DNA of 64,000 nt, taken from contig NC_091478.1 of NCBI RefSeq assembly GCF_036971445.1, positions 63,054,001 through 63,118,000 of the forward strand. Direction: 5' to 3'. The notes below the pieces were generated by a model that searched no databases, was not told the origin of the DNA, and saw nothing but the letters and a program-made list of their open reading frames with translations. A program made the position numbers and the translations under genes. Source of the stretch: Narcine bancroftii (taxonomy: Eukaryota). Shown here one piece after another: positions 62,801 through 64,000 of the stretch (position 1 is the first letter of the stretch; the number at the start of each line of letters is the position of its first letter).

Positions 62801-64000
62801 GTTACAATTTCTCGTGTTACAATGGGGAAGGATGTGCAATGAAGGGGGAGGATGGTGGGGGTGACATTACCAAAAAACAGCATCGGCTCTCGCTGCAGGG
62901 CGGGCCACCTCTAATACATTTTTGAAATGATCTTGCGGGCCAAATATAATTATATCGCGGGCCAAATCCCGTGGGCCAGAGTTTGACATGTATGCTCTAT
63001 CATGATAGTTTAAACAACAAACCAGAACAGGTCTTGGATTCTGTCCTGAAAAAGGCTTTCTTCTCAAAGCTCTATGAGCACGTTCCAATATTAAGCCCTC
63101 CGGGAACTTATCTTGTCCTAACACTTGTGGAATCCATTCGGTAAAAAATTTTCTTGGATCTGGTCCTTCTATATCTTCTGGCAAACCAACAATTTTTACA
63201 TTATTCCGTCTAGACTGATTCTCCAAATAGTCAACCTTTTTCGCTAAATTTTTATTCTGGATTTGTAAAGTTTCAATTGTTTTATTTACATCTTGTATTT
63301 GATCTTGTACCTCAACTATACCTTGGTCACAAACATCAAGTCTTTCATTCATTTCAAGCTTAAAAGCTCCATAATCAACCATCTGTTGAGTATTAATATC
63401 CACCAAGGTATTAAGCTTAGTATTAACTTGAACCAAAAATTTAGCTATCTCTTTGATTGAAGAAGATAACTTAAATTCAAGATTCTTGATAAGCTTATCA
63501 ACTGGAATAGATTCAGACAAAATAGGATCCTGCTGTTTCTGAATAACCAGAGGGTTTTCTTTTCCTTCCTTTAATTTAACTGCTTTTCTTGCAATCTGAC
63601 TCCATGTAAAAAACCCTGCCACAACCTCCTCAGCAATATCAGAAGACTGGTATTCAGGGTTATCCTTAACCCATATTACATCAAAAGCCTTCATTACATC
63701 AAGGTCTGTTGAAGTCTTCATAATTGGTGGTGCATTTCACAGCGCCACCGCTACACCAATCGGTGGACGTCTCTTTAAAGTCGAGTCTTCAGCTGGCGGT
63801 GTCCCAGCTGTTTCAAGTGTCAAACGTTCAGTAACAGCGCTCATAGCGGGCGTTGATTGAAATACACGCGCCTGGCTAGCCCTTTGTTCCAAAGGCTGCC
63901 GGGCGCCATTTTTAAAGAGCCCTACCGGTACAGAGCGGAGCTCCTTTGCCGAATCCTGCACTTCTCCTCTTGGATCCATTCCATGCTAAGTCCTGGCTTC
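59835..64000 (-). mobile_element. L1 family C, internally deleted (3' end joined to EN; ORF1 present), interrupted by a hAT MITE
   Basis: Poly(A) tail at about 59835, LLDVYAPN, GGDLN, ORF1 YLENQSRRNNVKIVGLPE...LERAHR. Most of the RT is missing near 60500-60580. Confidence 0.85.
61813..62994. mobile_element. Non-autonomous hAT DNA transposon (1182 bp)
   Basis: Perfect 8-bp TSD CTCTATCA at 61805-61812 and 62995-63002. Imperfect TIRs CAGGGGTGTCAAACTC / GAGTTTGACATGTATG. No transposase ORF. Confidence 0.92.

Noticed and set aside
62867-63721. 284-aa ORF as a host gene
   Set aside because: L1 ORF1 reading into the hAT MITE.

Overview
Vertebrate genomic DNA, not prokaryotic. The repeat mix (CR1 with esterase ORF1, RTE, L1, Rex1/Babar, Penelope, tRNA-derived SINE) suggests a cartilaginous fish, probably a ray; this is an inference. 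Most of the window is nested transposable elements, and there are two N gaps. One host gene can be reconstructed by hand on the + strand at 23863-30624. It is a 7-exon immunoglobulin-superfamily receptor: leader, germline-joined VJ-type V domain, C1-set domain (partly in a gap), uncharged transmembrane segment, and a three-exon cytoplasmic tail with ITIM, ITSM and a C-terminal YxxI. This is a non-rearranging, antigen-receptor-like V-C1 ectodomain on an inhibitory tail, and the ORF track shows only fragments of it. Other notable items: (1) a near-intact young RTE LINE whose TSDs enclose about 0.9 kb of extra 5' sequence; (2) a twin-primed RTE copy; (3) the same L1-in-L1 junction occurring twice; (4) a solo LTR inserted at the probable branch point of the TM exon; (5) a CR1-derived fold-back palindrome; (6) a class I ERV remnant with an ERV3-like env; (7) hAT MITEs. 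Boundaries of old repeats are approximate.
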